A stretch of DNA of 64,000 nucleotides from the human T2T-CHM13v2.0 reference genome, Homo sapiens (GCF_009914755.1 NC_060933.1), one strand, 5' to 3'; numbered from the stretch's first letter, positions 1 through 19,476 are shown. Notes: generated by a model from the letters alone, not told the origin. Program-made: numbers and translations.

Positions 1-828
1 AGATCAATACCCTGAAAGGAGAGATGCAGGCCTGGGAGCATTCAACACAAGCTAATTGAAGAGCCCTTTGGTCTTCAGTGAATATTGGCAGTAGCCAGGT
101 TATAATCACCATGGGCCTGGGGAGTGGTGGCCATAGGGAGAGAATTCTTCTCTATGAGGAAAGGAGAGGGAGGAATGGAAAGGACTTTGTCTATGGGTTG
201 GGTATCAGCTCAGCCACAGTAGAATAGAATACAAGGTAGATTCCTAAATTTCCCACCTCCAGGCCTTTGGCTCCCAGGTGATATTCCAGGACCCGCCCTG
301 GGCCAAGGGTTAGTCACCACCCTGAAGGGAAGGACACAAGCCTGGCTGGATTAACCACTTGCTGACTGAAGAACACTTGGGCCTTGCATGAACATCAGCA
401 GCAACCAGACAAGGATTGCTGCAGGCCTTGGGCAACACCCAGTGCTGTTCTGGTTTCAAGTCAGACCCAGCCGAGTCCCAGTGGTGGTGGCCACAGTGGT
501 GCTTGTGTCACCCCTTCCCCAACTCCAGGCAGCTCAGCATGGAGAGAGAGACTCTGTTTGTTTAAGGTTAAGTTTGAGGAAAAAAAAAGTCTCTGCCTGG
601 TAACCCAAGGAATTCTCTGGGATCATATCCAAGACCACCAATGTGATACCTCCATGAGTGTGCAAGAGTTAGTAAGCTTGCGGCACCCCCTAATGCAGAT
701 ATGGCTGCAGTGACCAAAATTTAGATCACAATACTCAATTCCCTTTGAATGCTTGGAAAACCTTCCAAAGAAGGACAGGTACAAACAAACATAGACTGCA
801 AATACTGCAATAAATACCTTACTCTTCA

Positions 829-1850
829 GTGCCCAGGCATCGATAAACATCCACCAGCATCAAGACATTCCAGGAAAACATGACATCATCAAACAAACTA
901 CATAAGGCAGCAGTGACCAATCTTGAAGGACAGAGATATGTGTGTGACCTTTCAGACAGAGAATTCAAAATAACTGTGTTGATGAATGTCCGTGAAATTC
1001 AAGATAACATAGAGAAGGAATTCAGAATACTATCAGATAAATTTAAGAAAGAGATTGAAATAATTTTTTAAAAACATCAAGCAGAAATTCTGGAGTTGAA
1101 AAATGCAATTGACATACTGAAAAGTCTCTCAACAGCAAAACTGAACAAGAAAAAGAAAGAATTAGTGAGCCTGAAGACAGGCTATTTGAAAATATTCAGT
1201 CAGAGAAGACAAAAGAAAAAAGAATAAAAAATAATAAAGCACAACAACAAGATATAGAAAACAGCTTCACACAGGGCAAATCTGAGAATTATTGGCCTAA
1301 AAGAGTACATAGGGAGAGAGATCATTGTAGAAAATTTATTTAAAGGGATAATTAAAGATAACTTTCCAAACCTAGTGAAATATATCAACATTTACATGCA
1401 GGAAAGTCATAGAACACCAAGCAAATTTAACTCAAATAAGACTACCTCAAGGCATTTAATATTCAAACTTCCAAAAATCAAGGATAAAGATAGAATATTA
1501 AAAGCATCAAGAGAAAAGAAACAAATAACATAAAAAGGAGTTCTAATATGTCTGAAAACAAACTTCTCAAGTGGAAACCTTAAAGGCCAGAAGAGTGTGG
1601 GATGACATATTTAAAGTGCTGAAGGAAAAAAGTCTTTTATCCTGAAAATGTATATTCACTGAAAATATCCTTCAAACATGAAGGAGAAATAAAGACTTTC
1701 CCAGCCAAAAAAAAAAAAAAAAAAGCTGAGAATTTTTGATCACCAGACCTGTCCTACAAGAAATGCTAAAGGAATTTCTTCAATCTAAAAAAGAAGAATG
1801 TTAATGAGTAATAAGAAATTAACTGAAGATACAAAACTAACTGGTAATAG
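829..1850 (+). pseudogene. Disabled L1 ORF1 (RNA-binding protein) remnant
   Basis: ORF 880-1071 reads DLSDREFKITVL...EFRILSDKFKKEIEII (ORF1 coiled coil). Downstream NLRIIGL and PRHL/IFKLPKIKDKDRILKASREK-like motifs are present. Stops and frameshifts throughout. Confidence 0.85.
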
Positions 1851-1961
1851 TAAGTACACAGACAAACACAGAATATTTAACACTGCAATTGTACTGTGTA
1901 AACCACTCATATCTTGAGTAGAACGACTAAACAATGAACCTATCAAAAATGATAACTACAA

Positions 1962-2378
<417 letters not shown>

Positions 2379-2655
2379 TTATATTAGTTCTCTCTTTGTT
2401 AGCTACTTTGTTTTTGCAATCAATGTTAAGATGCCATCAGTTTAAAATAATGAGTTATAAGATGTTATTAATATTTGCAATCCTCATGGCACCCTTAAAT
2501 TAAAAAAATCTACAACAGATACACAGAAAATAAAAAGCAAGACATTAAAATACACAACCAGAGAAAACCACCTTCACATAAAGAAAAATAGTAAAAAAAA
2601 AAAAGAAGGAAGGAAGAGAAAACAATAAAAAAAAAAACAGAAAACAAAGAAGAAA

Positions 2656-6084
<3,429 letters not shown>

Positions 6085-6128
<44 letters not shown>

Positions 6129-6355
6129 ATATATATGGATATATTTATGGATATATATAGCATATATATAGCATACATATTGCATATATATAGTGCATAC
6201 ATATAGCATTCGTATATATAGCATATGTATATATAGCATATATATATATGCAATTAATTCCTAAATCAAAAAAGTAAAAAAAAAAAGTTCAAATAAAAAG
6301 AGAAAGCTCAAATAACTCTCTCTCTATATATATATGTGTGTGTGTATACACACAC
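6085..6355. repeat. (AT)21 plus degenerate TA/GCAT patchwork and a (TC)(TA)(TG)(CA) compound microsatellite
   Basis: Read directly: perfect (AT)21 at 6085-6126, TAGCATAT units to ~6250, compound tract at 6316-6354. Confidence 0.95.
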
Positions 6356-6393
6356 CTACTATGTACACATAAAAATTTACAAAAAATTAAAAA

Positions 6394-6527
6394 TACATTG
6401 ATATAATTTTTGAAGATCAAATCAGGATAATTAAGGCATCCATCACTTTAAATATTTGTCTCCTCTTTATCCTAGAAATTTTGAATTATTGGAAATTTGA
6501 ATCTCTTCTAGCTCTTTAGAAATATTC
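6394..6527 (-). mobile_element. L1MA-type 3'UTR fragment, antisense
   Basis: GATCAAATCAGGATAATTAAGGCATCCATCAC...CTCTTCTAGCT resembles the reverse strand of L1MA 3' ends. Confidence 0.7.
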
Positions 6528-6896
<369 letters not shown>

Positions 6897-7074
6897 CTAA
6901 ATAATATGGACTCGCACTTTTGAGACAGTGTTTTAAAATTTTTCCCAGGGCTATACATAAGAAGTTTCTGCTGCTGCTGAGAACAAAACTGCTTAGTTCT
7001 CATGTTAAGCAAGATGGTATATGTGATGGATATTGGTAAGCTATTAAGTGCACAGATATACAAGTGATGTCTTC

Positions 7075-7310
7075 TATCTAATATTAGTATTACATTATAA
7101 TACAATTACATTAATAAATATTATATTATATTAATATAATTAATGTTTATTATTACACATACTATTATATTATTATATAATTACTCTATTAATTATAGTA
7201 GTGTAATATAATATATTGATATAATTAACATAATAATAGTATGTATATTAGTATAATATAATAATGTATACTTATAGTATCTGTGTTACATTATATTATT
7301 ATATTATAGG
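7075..7310. repeat. AT-rich low-complexity tract
   Basis: Almost exclusively A/T with TATTA/TAATA units. Confidence 0.9.
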
Positions 7311-8154
7311 TCATAGGATGAATTATCATATTTAGAGTACTTATACATGGCTAATGGGCAGTAACCAAAGAAATGAGGGAAAATATTACCTACGCCCATG
7401 TACACACACGTACACACACACACAGCCCCCGTGTATCTCTTTAGTCATTTTCACTCACTAAGATTAATAACTTTAATAAGCTGGTTTCCAGCTTATTAAA
7501 AATAACAGTATCAAGAATAGTGTGGTCTTTTGAAGGAAATACGATTCTGGCTTTCTCTAAATTTTGGACTCCTCTGGATTTATCTATCAAAATATGAATG
7601 TCTCCATTAGCACCGTCTTCTGGATTTCAAGAATTTTTTTATTTGCCTGTTTTTGCATTGTTTCTTTCACTTAAAGAGCCTTAATATTATTAGTTCTAAT
7701 TATCTAATTTTGGACAGTATAAATATTTAAAGTGTTCTGAAAATACTTCAATAATAGTCTAAAATAGATGAGTATATTGGCCAAATTATTCATGCAAAAT
7801 TAAAATTAAAGCAGCCTATAAGTGTAGAACAGTGGGGATTAGGAATATTGAGGGTTCATTGGTCAAGTTTTTCAGTGTCATAAGGAAAGCTGACTACAAT
7901 CTCTAAGAGGGAGAGAAACTGAGTCAAATAGATTGTCAAGTGGAATTTGTAGACAGCACAGTTCTGGGCAATCCCATGAAAAAGCAGGTCATTCACCTAA
8001 CAAGATTGTTTTGGTTGGTTGGGCCTGAGTTTTAAAAGGAAGCTTCATTTTTTTTTAGAAAAGATTGTTCATTGTTTTCAGCTCTATCACTGATATCATA
8101 TAATCTCCATGATTTTGGCTATGCACATGTAAATAAAACCTTCCCATTGTACTA

Positions 8155-8455
8155 GAAATCAAATTCATTTCTTACCATAGCTCAGAGCAACCTACACTGA
8201 CACCTGTCTTTTTCTCCAGCAAGATCCTCTTCTGCTTTTAATTCGTTCTCTACACATAAGCCATACTTTCCTTCTCTATACATAAGCCATACTCTCCCTC
8301 TTTCTGTTCCTCAAACAAGCGATTACGCTGTACTTAGGTCCTTCATAAACTCTCAGTCCTGGGTGGAATTTTCTGTGCTCATTTTTTTCCCAGGGCTGGC
8401 GCCTTATTACTGTTTCAGTTCTTATCTCAAATGCTCCAAAAGACCTTTTTTAAGT
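8155..8455 (+). mobile_element. L2 fragment
   Basis: Degenerate L2 3'-region motifs (TTTCTGTTCCTCAAACA, TCTCAAATG). Contains a ~27-bp local duplication at 8248-8300. Confidence 0.55.
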
Positions 8456-8470
8456 GCCACTTCTTTAGTC

Positions 8471-10299
8471 TTTTATTCCATTGTTTTCTTATTTTTTTCC
8501 CCCAACTTTTAGGTTCATGGGGTACATGTGCCGAGTAGTTACATGGGTAAAATGTGTGTAGCAGATGTTTGGTGTACAGATTATTTCTTAATCCAGCTAA
8601 TGAGCACAGTACCCAATAGGCATTTTTTGTTTGTTTGTTTTTCAGTCCTCGCCCTCCTCCCACCCTCCACCCTCAAGTAGGCCCTGGGGTCTATTGTTCA
8701 CTTATTTGTGTCTATGTGTACTCAGTGTTTAGCTCACACTTATAAGCAAGAATATGCAGTATCTGGTTTTCTGTTTCTGTGTTAATTCACTTAGGATAAT
8801 GGCCTCCAGCTCCATTCATGTTGCTGAAAAGGACATGATTTTGTTCTTTCTTATGGATGTGTAGTATTCTATGGTGTATATGTACCACATTTTCTTTATC
8901 CAGTCTACAACTGATAGACTTCCAGGTTAATTCTCTGTCTTTAATATTGTGAATAGTGCTGGAATGAACATAGGCATGCATGTCTTTTTGGCAGGATGAT
9001 GTGTATTATTTTGGGTATAAACCCAGTAATGGGACTGCTGGGTTGAATGATGGTTTTAAGTTATTTGAAAAATTGCCATACTCCTTTCCACAGTGGCTGA
9101 ACTAATTTACATTCAGGCCAGCATTGTATAGGCTGTGGGAATGTAAATTTTCTGTGCTGCCTCACCAGCATCTGTAATTTTTTGACTTCTTAATAGCCAT
9201 TCTGACTGGTGTGAGATGATATCTCTTTGTGGTTTTGATTTGCATTTCCCTAATGATCAGTGATGTTCAGTATTTTTTCATATGCTTGCTGATCATGTGT
9301 ATGTCTTTCGTTGAGAAGTGTCGATGTCCTTTGCCCATTTTTTTAAATGGTATTGTTTGTTTTTGCTTTTTAATTTGTTTCAGTTACTTGTAGATTCTGG
9401 ACATTAGACCTTTATTGGATGCATAGTTCACAAATTTTCTCCAATTCCATGGGTTGTCTATTTACTCTGTTGGTAATTTATTTTGCTGTTCAGAAGCTCC
9501 TTAATTTAATTAGATCTCAATTGTCTATTTTTGTTGTTTGTTGTAATTGCTTTGGTGACTTCATCATAAAATCTTTGCTAGGACCTATGTATAGAATGAT
9601 ATTTCTTAGGTTTTATTCAAGCTTTTTTAGTTTTAGGTTTTACATTTAAGTCTTTAATCAATCTTGAGTTGATTTCTGTATATGGTGTAGGGAAGGGGCC
9701 CAGTTTCTATCTTCTGACTATGGCTATCCAATTATTGCAGCGCCACTTATTGAATAGGGAACCATTTCCCCATTTCTTGTGCTTGTCTGCTTGTTTGAAG
9801 ATCAGATGGTTGAGGATGTTTTGCATTCTTCTTGAGCTCTCTATTCTGTTCTATTTGTCTATGTGCTTGTTTTTGTACCAGTACCATGCTGTTTTGGTTA
9901 CTGTAACCTTGTAATATAGTTTGTAGTCAGGTAATGTGATACATCCAGTTTTGGTTTTTTTTGCTTAGGACTGCTCTGGTTAGCCTGGCTCTTTTTTGGT
10001 CCCAAGTAAATTTTAGAATAGTTTTTTTTCTACTTTTATGAAGAATGTCATTGGTAGTTTGATAGGAATATCATTGAATCTGTAAATTGCATTGGATAGC
10101 ATGGCCATTTTAACAACATTGATTCTTTCTGACTTTGAGTAGGGGATGTTTTTTCATTTGTTTGTGTTATCTCTGATTTCTTTCAGCAGTGTTTGTGATT
10201 CTCCTTGTGGAGGTCTTTTAACTCCTTGCTTAGTTGTATTCCTAAGTATTCTTTTTCCTGTGGCTACTGTGAATGCTATTGCATTTTTTATTTGTCACT
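8471..10299 (-). mobile_element. L1PA13-16-type 3' segment (tail, 3'UTR, ORF2 C-terminus)
   Basis: T-rich tail, then GGTTCATGGGGTACATGTG...GTTACATGGGTAAA, then continuous antisense ORF2 3' sequence. Confidence 0.92.
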
Positions 10300-10310
10300 G
10301 TGTCTGCTAG

Positions 10311-11796
<1,486 letters not shown>

Positions 11797-13020
11797 TTGT
11801 TTGTTTTTGTCGTGGCCAGTAATGGTCTTTTATTTCCATGTTTAGCATTCTATTAAGGACGTCTTGTAAGTCGGTCTGTTGGTAATGAACTCTCTTAATA
11901 TTTGCTTGTCTAAAAAGGATTTATTTCTTCTTCACTTATGAAGCTTAGTTTGGCTGGATATAAAATTCTTTGTTGGAATTTCTTTTCTTTAAAGATGATG
12001 AATATAGGTCCGCAATCTCTTCTGGCTTGTAGGGTTTCTGCTGAAAAGTCACTGTTAGCCTAATGGGGTTCCCTTTGTAGGTGACTTGCCTCTTCTTTCT
12101 AGCTGCCTTTAACATTTTCTTCTTTCATGTTGAGCTTAGAGAATCTAATCACTGTGTGTCTTGGCAGTGGTCATCTTGTATAATATCTCACAGAAGTTCC
12201 CTGAATTTCCTGAATTTGAATGTTGACCTCTCTAGTAAGACTGGAAAAATTTTCACAGACGATATCCTCAAATATGTTTTCCAAGTTGCTTGCTATATCT
12301 CCTTCTTTTTTAGCAATGCCAATGAGTCATAGGTTTGGTTTCTTTACATAATCCCATATTTCTCTGAGGTCTTGTTCATTATTTTTTATTCTTCTTTATT
12401 TATTTTTGTCTGACTGAACTGCTTTGAAGAACCATTCTTCAAGTTCTGAGATTCTTTCCTCAGCTTGGTCTATTCTGTTGTTAAAAATTCTTATTATATT
12501 ATGAAATTCTTATCATGAGTTTTTCAGCTTTATCACATCAGTTTGATTTTATCTTAATGTAGCTATTTCATCTTTTAGCTCTTATTCCATTTCACTGGAT
12601 TCTTTAGATTCCATGGCTTGGTTTTCAACTTGCTCCTGAACCTCAATGTTCTTAATTGCCATCCAGATTATGAATTCTATATCCATCATTCTAGTAATTT
12701 CAGTCTGTTTAAGAACCATTGTTGAGAAGTTAGTACAGTCATTTGAAGGTAAGAAGATACTCTCGCTCTTTGAGTTGCCAGGGTTTTTGTGCTGGTTCTT
12801 TCTCATCTGTGTGAGCTGATATTCTTTCAATCTTTGAAGTTGCTGTTTTTTGGATAAGCATTTTTGCCTTTATATTTTTTGATGCCCTTGAGTGTCTGAC
12901 AGTGGTATAAGTGGGGTTCAGTCAACTGGCTTTGTTTTTGGATGATTTCAGGGAGCCAAGAGCTCAGCACTCCTGGGCTGCATGCTCTAGACCTGAGGGG
13001 CTTAGACCAGGCCTACTGCT
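11797..13020 (-). mobile_element. ORF1 plus partial 5'UTR of an L1PA13-16-type element
   Basis: Minus ORF 12582-12830 (QMRKNQHKNPGNSKSESIFLPSNDCT...EFIIWMA) is the ORF1 N-terminus typical of old L1PA. Confidence 0.88.
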
Positions 13021-13149
13021 TTGAGGGCACCTTTCCATCAGTGGGCATGTAAGCATACTTAATGAAACAGTGGAGTTAGTAATGTGGATCCAAGCAGAAA
13101 AGATTCTGAAGCATAAATGCACTTGTATTTGGAGAGCAGCATCAGAGTC

Positions 13150-13385
13150 TGGGCTTTGTGAGTGGATGAAGTGAGGCAGGGAGTGGTAGTTAGTGGACAA
13201 GTTTCAAGATAAAATGACCATGTAGGAGATTGAAGCCACTGGGAGCACTGGCTCTTGCTCTGGGAAAGATGGGAAATGACAGAGAGAATGAGTGACATGA
13301 TCTGACTTAAATTTTAAAAGGATCAATCTGAGGCCATCTTGAAGACAGATTGCAGGGGTGCAAGTGCCTAAGCAGGTGGGGCCAA
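13150..13385 (-). mobile_element. L2 (L2a-like) fragment
   Basis: GAGTGACATGATCTGACTTAAATTTTAAAAGGATCA matches the L2a reverse strand. Confidence 0.8.
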
Positions 13386-13472
13386 TTCATAAATATATAC
13401 CCATTTAATATGTAAATTTGTAAAATGAAAATTCTTTGAAAGCAGAGATTGGTCTGTCTCTCTCTCTCTCTC

Positions 13473-13770
<298 letters not shown>

Positions 13771-14656
13771 CATCTTTCTTTTTCAATAATTTATACCCTA
13801 ATGCCACTCACAGTATCTTTTTCATGGATATGGTTTTTCTTAGCTATAAAATGGGGAGGTAACACTCAACTCAAGGTATTAAATGAAATAATAATCAGAA
13901 AGTTTTAATATCTCTTCCCTGAAACATTAAACAAAATTCTTATTTTTAAATGTCACAATGGAAGATTAATTCACTAATTCCTCCATAAATATGAAGGCAC
14001 CTGCTCTGAAAAAATTGGAAATAATAAGATTTTCCAACCTCCCTCTCCACCCTCTCCAGGAGTAGGGGGGAAGGAACTATTTAGTATTACTCCAAAGAGC
14101 TGAGATTGCAATAGGTTCAGAAGTGATGATGATAGTAAAATATCAGAGTTGAATTACTGGGAGAGTGATTGCTACATCTAATTCATCAGGTCTAGTTCAA
14201 TGATTACATAAATATATTATGAAAGCTCTTTAGGTTAAAAAAAAGTCATACAATATTCTTAAACAGAGCTAAAAAGAAAATTAGCCATAGTTGTTTATAT
14301 GTAGTTTGTTATAGCTTAAAAATACTGTAAAATGTAAGCAGGTGTTTTAAGAAATAGAATTTAATAATATTAGTGAAGGCTTAATTCACATAAATTAATT
14401 TCGTGTTTGTGTGTGTGTGTGCAGAGATGTCTTATCCAAAAGTCTCCATTCTTTGGCCAAATTCTTGTTGTAACTCTCAATCTTGGTTTTCTCTTTAAAG
14501 ATAGCATCTGCATTAGATAGATATGCCAAAAGTGTCATGGATAACAGATAACAGTATTTTTTACGGGTACTATGAAAATGATTGATATTTGTGAAGAATA
14601 GTGTTCTGGAATGTCATCCTAAACATCATTTTGGGGAAAAAAAAAATCCAAAATGG

Positions 14657-14919
14657 AGTCGGGCGTGGTGGCTCATGCCTGTAATCTCTTGAGATCAGGA
14701 GTTTGAGACCAGCCTGGCCAACATAGTAAAACTCCGTCTCTACTAAAAATACAAAAATTAGCCGGGCGTGGTGGTGCGCACCTGTAATCCCAGCTACTTG
14801 GGAGGCTGAGGCAGGAGAATTCTTGAACCTGGGAGGCAGGGATTGCAGTGAGCCGAGATCACACCACTGCATTCCAGCCTGGGCAACAGTGCGAGACTCT
14901 GTCTCAAGAAGAAGAAAAA
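14657..14919 (+). mobile_element. AluS (Sz/Sx-like) with ~32-nt left-arm deletion
   Basis: TGTAATC is joined directly to TCTTGAGATCAGGAG; the rest of the Alu is intact. Confidence 0.92.
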
Positions 14920-16194
14920 CAAGGTGTTCCTTTTACCACAAATATGTTGTTTATCATGATATTCACACAGATATCTTTAATCCACAAAATGAGTCATAAA
15001 TATGATTGCATTTGATCCATCATACCTACCCTTTGAAAACAAACCCAGTTTTGCTGTTTCAGCTCTACAGATAAGGAAACAAAATTGTCCATGCTTACCT
15101 GGTAAGTCAAATCATCAGATTCCAACTGAAAACGTTGAAGACCAAAGGGCTGTTGTGTATTTCAAGTGATGTTCCTAGTCAATGTTAATGTTTGACTGAA
15201 TGCTTGATTTTTTCTTATTTTTCCCTTTTTATGGATGTCTGTAGTTGTAAACTGAGGAATTCATGAGTGAGGTGTTCAAAAATTTCTGGCTATACTACAG
15301 AATTGAATTAAAATCTATTAATCCTTTCTCCATTACTGATATCCCTATACCAGCTCAAATTGTTTCTTTATTGGGCAGGCATACCATACTAGCATCCCAG
15401 GACAATTTAAAGAGCATAATAGCAGGATATAAATATGTATCAAAATGGGTAACTCATCATATCTCCAACTGATTTGTGCATTTTTTAAAATGAAAGCAAA
15501 ATTGCCAGAAGATATAAAAGAATGCTTCTATGACAATTTTGGACCCTGCTTTCATTCCCAACTTGACCATTTGGTCTCCAAGACATACCACTATTTTTCC
15601 TTGTGCAATAATGTTGAGATCTGTCCCCAGTTCACAAAGGCATTGTGGAGCTTATTAAATATAGGTAATGTGTTTTGGAGCTGTCTTTGAAATGAATGAG
15701 GTGTATGCAAAACAAGATTAGCCTCTGTTGCGTGGCTGTTCTGAGTCTAATCAAATGCATAACACAGCTTTTTCAAAATGTACATGGGAAAATCTACAAT
15801 ATATGCAAATGTTAATAAACTTCCCCTAGCTTTTATGATCCTTGTTAGGACATGACTAAGTTTGGTTGTATTGTCAAATGTATTTGAGAGGCACATTTGG
15901 TTGTACATAATGTACAAAGGAGGGAAAGATATTTTCTCCATTAGAGGAAATTCGTTTCATCTCACTGAATGATTGAAACTATGGTTTGGGAAAGGGAGGT
16001 GCAGTAAGCATGAAACTGAATAAATTTACTTAATGCAGATACTGCAGGAACTACTAAGTCCACCAATAGTAACAATAATTGTAATTATGATTGAGATTAT
16101 TAAAACACTATGAAAGCTATATAACAGTTTCTACAGGCAAAAAAAAAACTTAAAATTATTAATAATCTCAGACATGTTTTGTTTCTTCTGTTAA

Positions 16195-16740
16195 ACATTC
16201 ATTTATTCATTCATTCATATCTGTATTAAATAAATATTTATCCAAAAAACTGCTAAATGCCAGGCATTATATGAGTACTTGTAAATATAGCAGTGAATAA
16301 AAGGAGGTGAAAACCTCTCTCCTTATTGAGCCTAAACTTACAGTTATTAGTTGATCATATTGGTGTTTATTATGTTATATAAAGTATCTTAGGTGCTGGA
16401 GTTGATTTGAGAAAAAATAATGCAAGAGATGTGTGGCAATGGTGTGAACAGGGTTGCATTTTAAAATAGGGTGGTTGAGGAAAGGCACAATGAAAAAGTA
16501 AAATTAGAGCAGACTGGTGGCGGAGCAAAGAATGAGCCATGTAGATTCTTAAGGTAAGAGTATTTCTGGTGGAAGTGAAGCAAGCAGTTGAAATGGAGGT
16601 AGGTGTGAGTGCCTAGCAGTCATTGATGATGTGACCAAAGTAGACTCAGTGACAGGAAGAGTAATAAGAGCTGGAGTAAGAGATAATAACAAAACGGATC
16701 TTATAGGGCTTTTTAGGTCATTTTAAGGATCTTTGGTGTT
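16195..16740 (-). mobile_element. L2 3' region
   Basis: (ATTC)n start, AAATATTTA, TGCCAGGCATT, ATATAGCAGTGAATAAAA: typical reverse L2 3' end. Confidence 0.8.
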
Positions 16741-16899
16741 TGGAAATATAAAGAAGTTAATAAGTTAGGAGACAAAAAGAAAGATCTTGGCACACTAGAA
16801 GCCAAAAAAGGAGAGAGTTTCCAGGGTAATTTTAATAGTACTTGGTACAATTACATTCTAATAAAAAAAATCGTTTGTTAAATACTGGGATATATACAA

Positions 16900-17022
16900 A
16901 GCTTTAAGCTGTATGTGAGGGGCTATCATGCTTATCTCAGTTCTCTATTGTCTCTGCTGCAATTGGCCCATGCCGGACACATAGAGACTCCAGGAAACGT
17001 GTATTTTTTAAAAAAATGAATG
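16900..17022 (+). mobile_element. L2 3' terminus
   Basis: TGCCGGACACATAG...AATGAATG. Confidence 0.55.
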
Positions 17023-18315
17023 CGTTTTCTAATTTAATGATCACAGCATTACTTTATCATTCTTCCATTTTACAAATGAGGGAGAGAAGACCAAGAGAGG
17101 GTAAGGAACTCCAAGAGAACCCCTCAGTTTTCTTAGCCTATGTCCCGTATTTCTGGCTTTGATAAGAGACCCCCAAATTTTCAGAGTAAATGCCTAAATG
17201 CCTGAAATCTGAGACTTTCCCTCCCATTTGGATATCAGAAAAACCTGAACCTTACCTGCTGCTCATTTCTGGCTGCAAATAGACCTCTAGGTGCCAATTT
17301 GCCTCCCCACTCTCAGATGTCACAAGCTACCCTGCTGAATTCTCATCTTGCCAGCTATGGCCTAGCTTGGGCATCAAATGGCCAGGGTAAACAAACAAGG
17401 AATTATCACTTGGAACAAACATCTGATTATCTCAGCAGCAATTGCTATGAAAACAGAACACAGGAAAGGGCAGCTGCTGGCTTCTCTACTTTAATTCCAG
17501 GCTCTGATTGTTATGGAATGAGGTGGCCTTTCCACCTGGCAATGGATCATAGGGCCAGGTGGTGCCAGGTGGCATGGACTGTGGGGAAGAAGTCAGAACA
17601 TCTGTGACCCACCCATTCAAGCTCTGATGAGTCTTTTCAAGTCTCCACGGTGCTCTAATACGGAAAAAATAAAAATAGAAGAAAGAAGAATCCGAGAGAC
17701 CTGGTTTGGGACCCTGCCTGTACAACTTATGTACTGGAGATTTTAAGCAAGTTTTTTTTTTTTAATTCTCTAAGGTATTGTTTCAACAGTGATGGAATGC
17801 TGTTCATAGTGCCTAATTTAAAATATAGTTGTGGGACTTAATGCAAAAGTATGTGGAAATAACTGGTTTCAGTGGAGACCAAAAATGGTAGTTGACTCTA
17901 ATTAAAAATGGCCCTTGTACTGTCCAGCTTACTAGAGTTCTCCATGAGGATCTGGAGTGCAAGCATATTCAATTAATAAAATATTACGTGCATTGCCTAG
18001 ACACCATAAATGGAAAACTTTCTGTGCCTGAAGGCAAAATCTTGGTATTACTGGCATATGATCTTTTGGCTTCATGCTAGAAGTAATTTGGAGGCCATCT
18101 TTAACAAGTGCATTTTTATTAGTTATAAATTGATCTCATTAGTTATGGATGCATCTTAGTAAAAGTGAGGTAGATCTTCATAGCCAACTGTGATTGAATA
18201 GTGCTTTTGAGAATCGAATGAGAGAAAGTGAGGTGCATGGTAGACATAAAATAATTAAACTTTCCTTGGTTTGTGAAGACAAGATGGACATTTGACTAAT
18301 AAAGGTCTTAGAAAC

Positions 18316-18611
18316 CGCTGGGCGCAGTGGCTCATGCCTGTAATTCCAGCACTTTGGGATGTCCAGGTGAGCAGATCACGAGGTCAGGAGTTCAAGACCA
18401 GCCTGACCAAATTGGTGAAACTCCATCTCTACTAAAAGTACAAAAATTAGCCAGGCAAGGTGACGCATGTTAGCTGTAATCCCAGCTACTCAGAAGGCTG
18501 AGGCAGAAGAATCACTTGAACCCAAGAGGCAGAGGTTGCAGTGAGCCGAGATCACGCCACTGCCCTCCAGCCTGGGCAACAGAGTGAGACTCTGTCCTGA
18601 GAAAAAAAAAA
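18316..18611 (+). mobile_element. AluS (AluSg-like)
   Basis: GATCACGAGGTCAGGAGTTC; TSD TCTTAGAAAC on both sides. Confidence 0.95.
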
Positions 18612-19134
18612 TCTTAGAAACAATTTGTCCTGTGCCTCTGAGGAGACATAGGGAGCAGAGAAAAAGAGGAAGATCAGGAAAGATGCTTGTAAGGTTGTAC
18701 AAGTCTCTTGGGGGGTTAAATCTAGTAGGTCAGTAAAGGTAACACCAATGCTAATCCAAAGGGACCACTGTGAAAATCAGAAAAAAGATGCCCCTTGCTC
18801 CACAAGCCTTATTGCTACCTGCCTGAAGGTTATCACGAATATGCAATGTTGTGGAAACTAGGATGTGAACAGGGACTGCTAGAGGTTTTCATAGCTCAAT
18901 TTGCACAACCATGAGCTGCAGCTTTTAGAATTAAAAGATTTAAATTTGGAAGTTTGATTATATTTGGTTGTTAAGTGCTTGGAAGGAAGGGGAAGTTTTC
19001 TGTGGTGGATGCCTTTCTCTTAGTCTTCAACATCCAGCAACTTTTGTTGTTTTTTTGGGTGGCAACTTTGTACATTAGTTGCAGATGTGTATCAGGTGCT
19101 AATGGCAAGAAGAAATAAGACTATTTTATGAAAC

Positions 19135-19322
19135 ATATACTAAGTGCTAGATATTATATCATTAACTTTATATGTATTTTTCATTTAATTCTTATTTTTT
19201 AAAAAACTTAGGTAGAGGAATTATTTATTCCATTTTATGAGTGAGAAGAATGAAAAAGTTAAAAATTTCTAGTATGTGGCAGACTGGTATTTGTATCTGG
19301 ACCTGACTGACTCCAAGGTAGT
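19135..19322 (-). mobile_element. MIR
   Basis: TTTCATTTAATTCTT...CCATTTTATGAGTGAGAA...CTGACTCCAA. Confidence 0.7.
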
Positions 19323-19476
19323 GTTAGTTAGAATAATACAAGTAAAACCAAACAAAACCTCACCTTTTCTCATTTCAATTTAGTTTAGCTCTGCCAGCAA
19401 AGATGATGATTCTGGAAGGGCTGTCCTTTTTGAAGCCTTTTTCATATCCTCAAAAGGGTGGAAGCATTTTAGGTCA

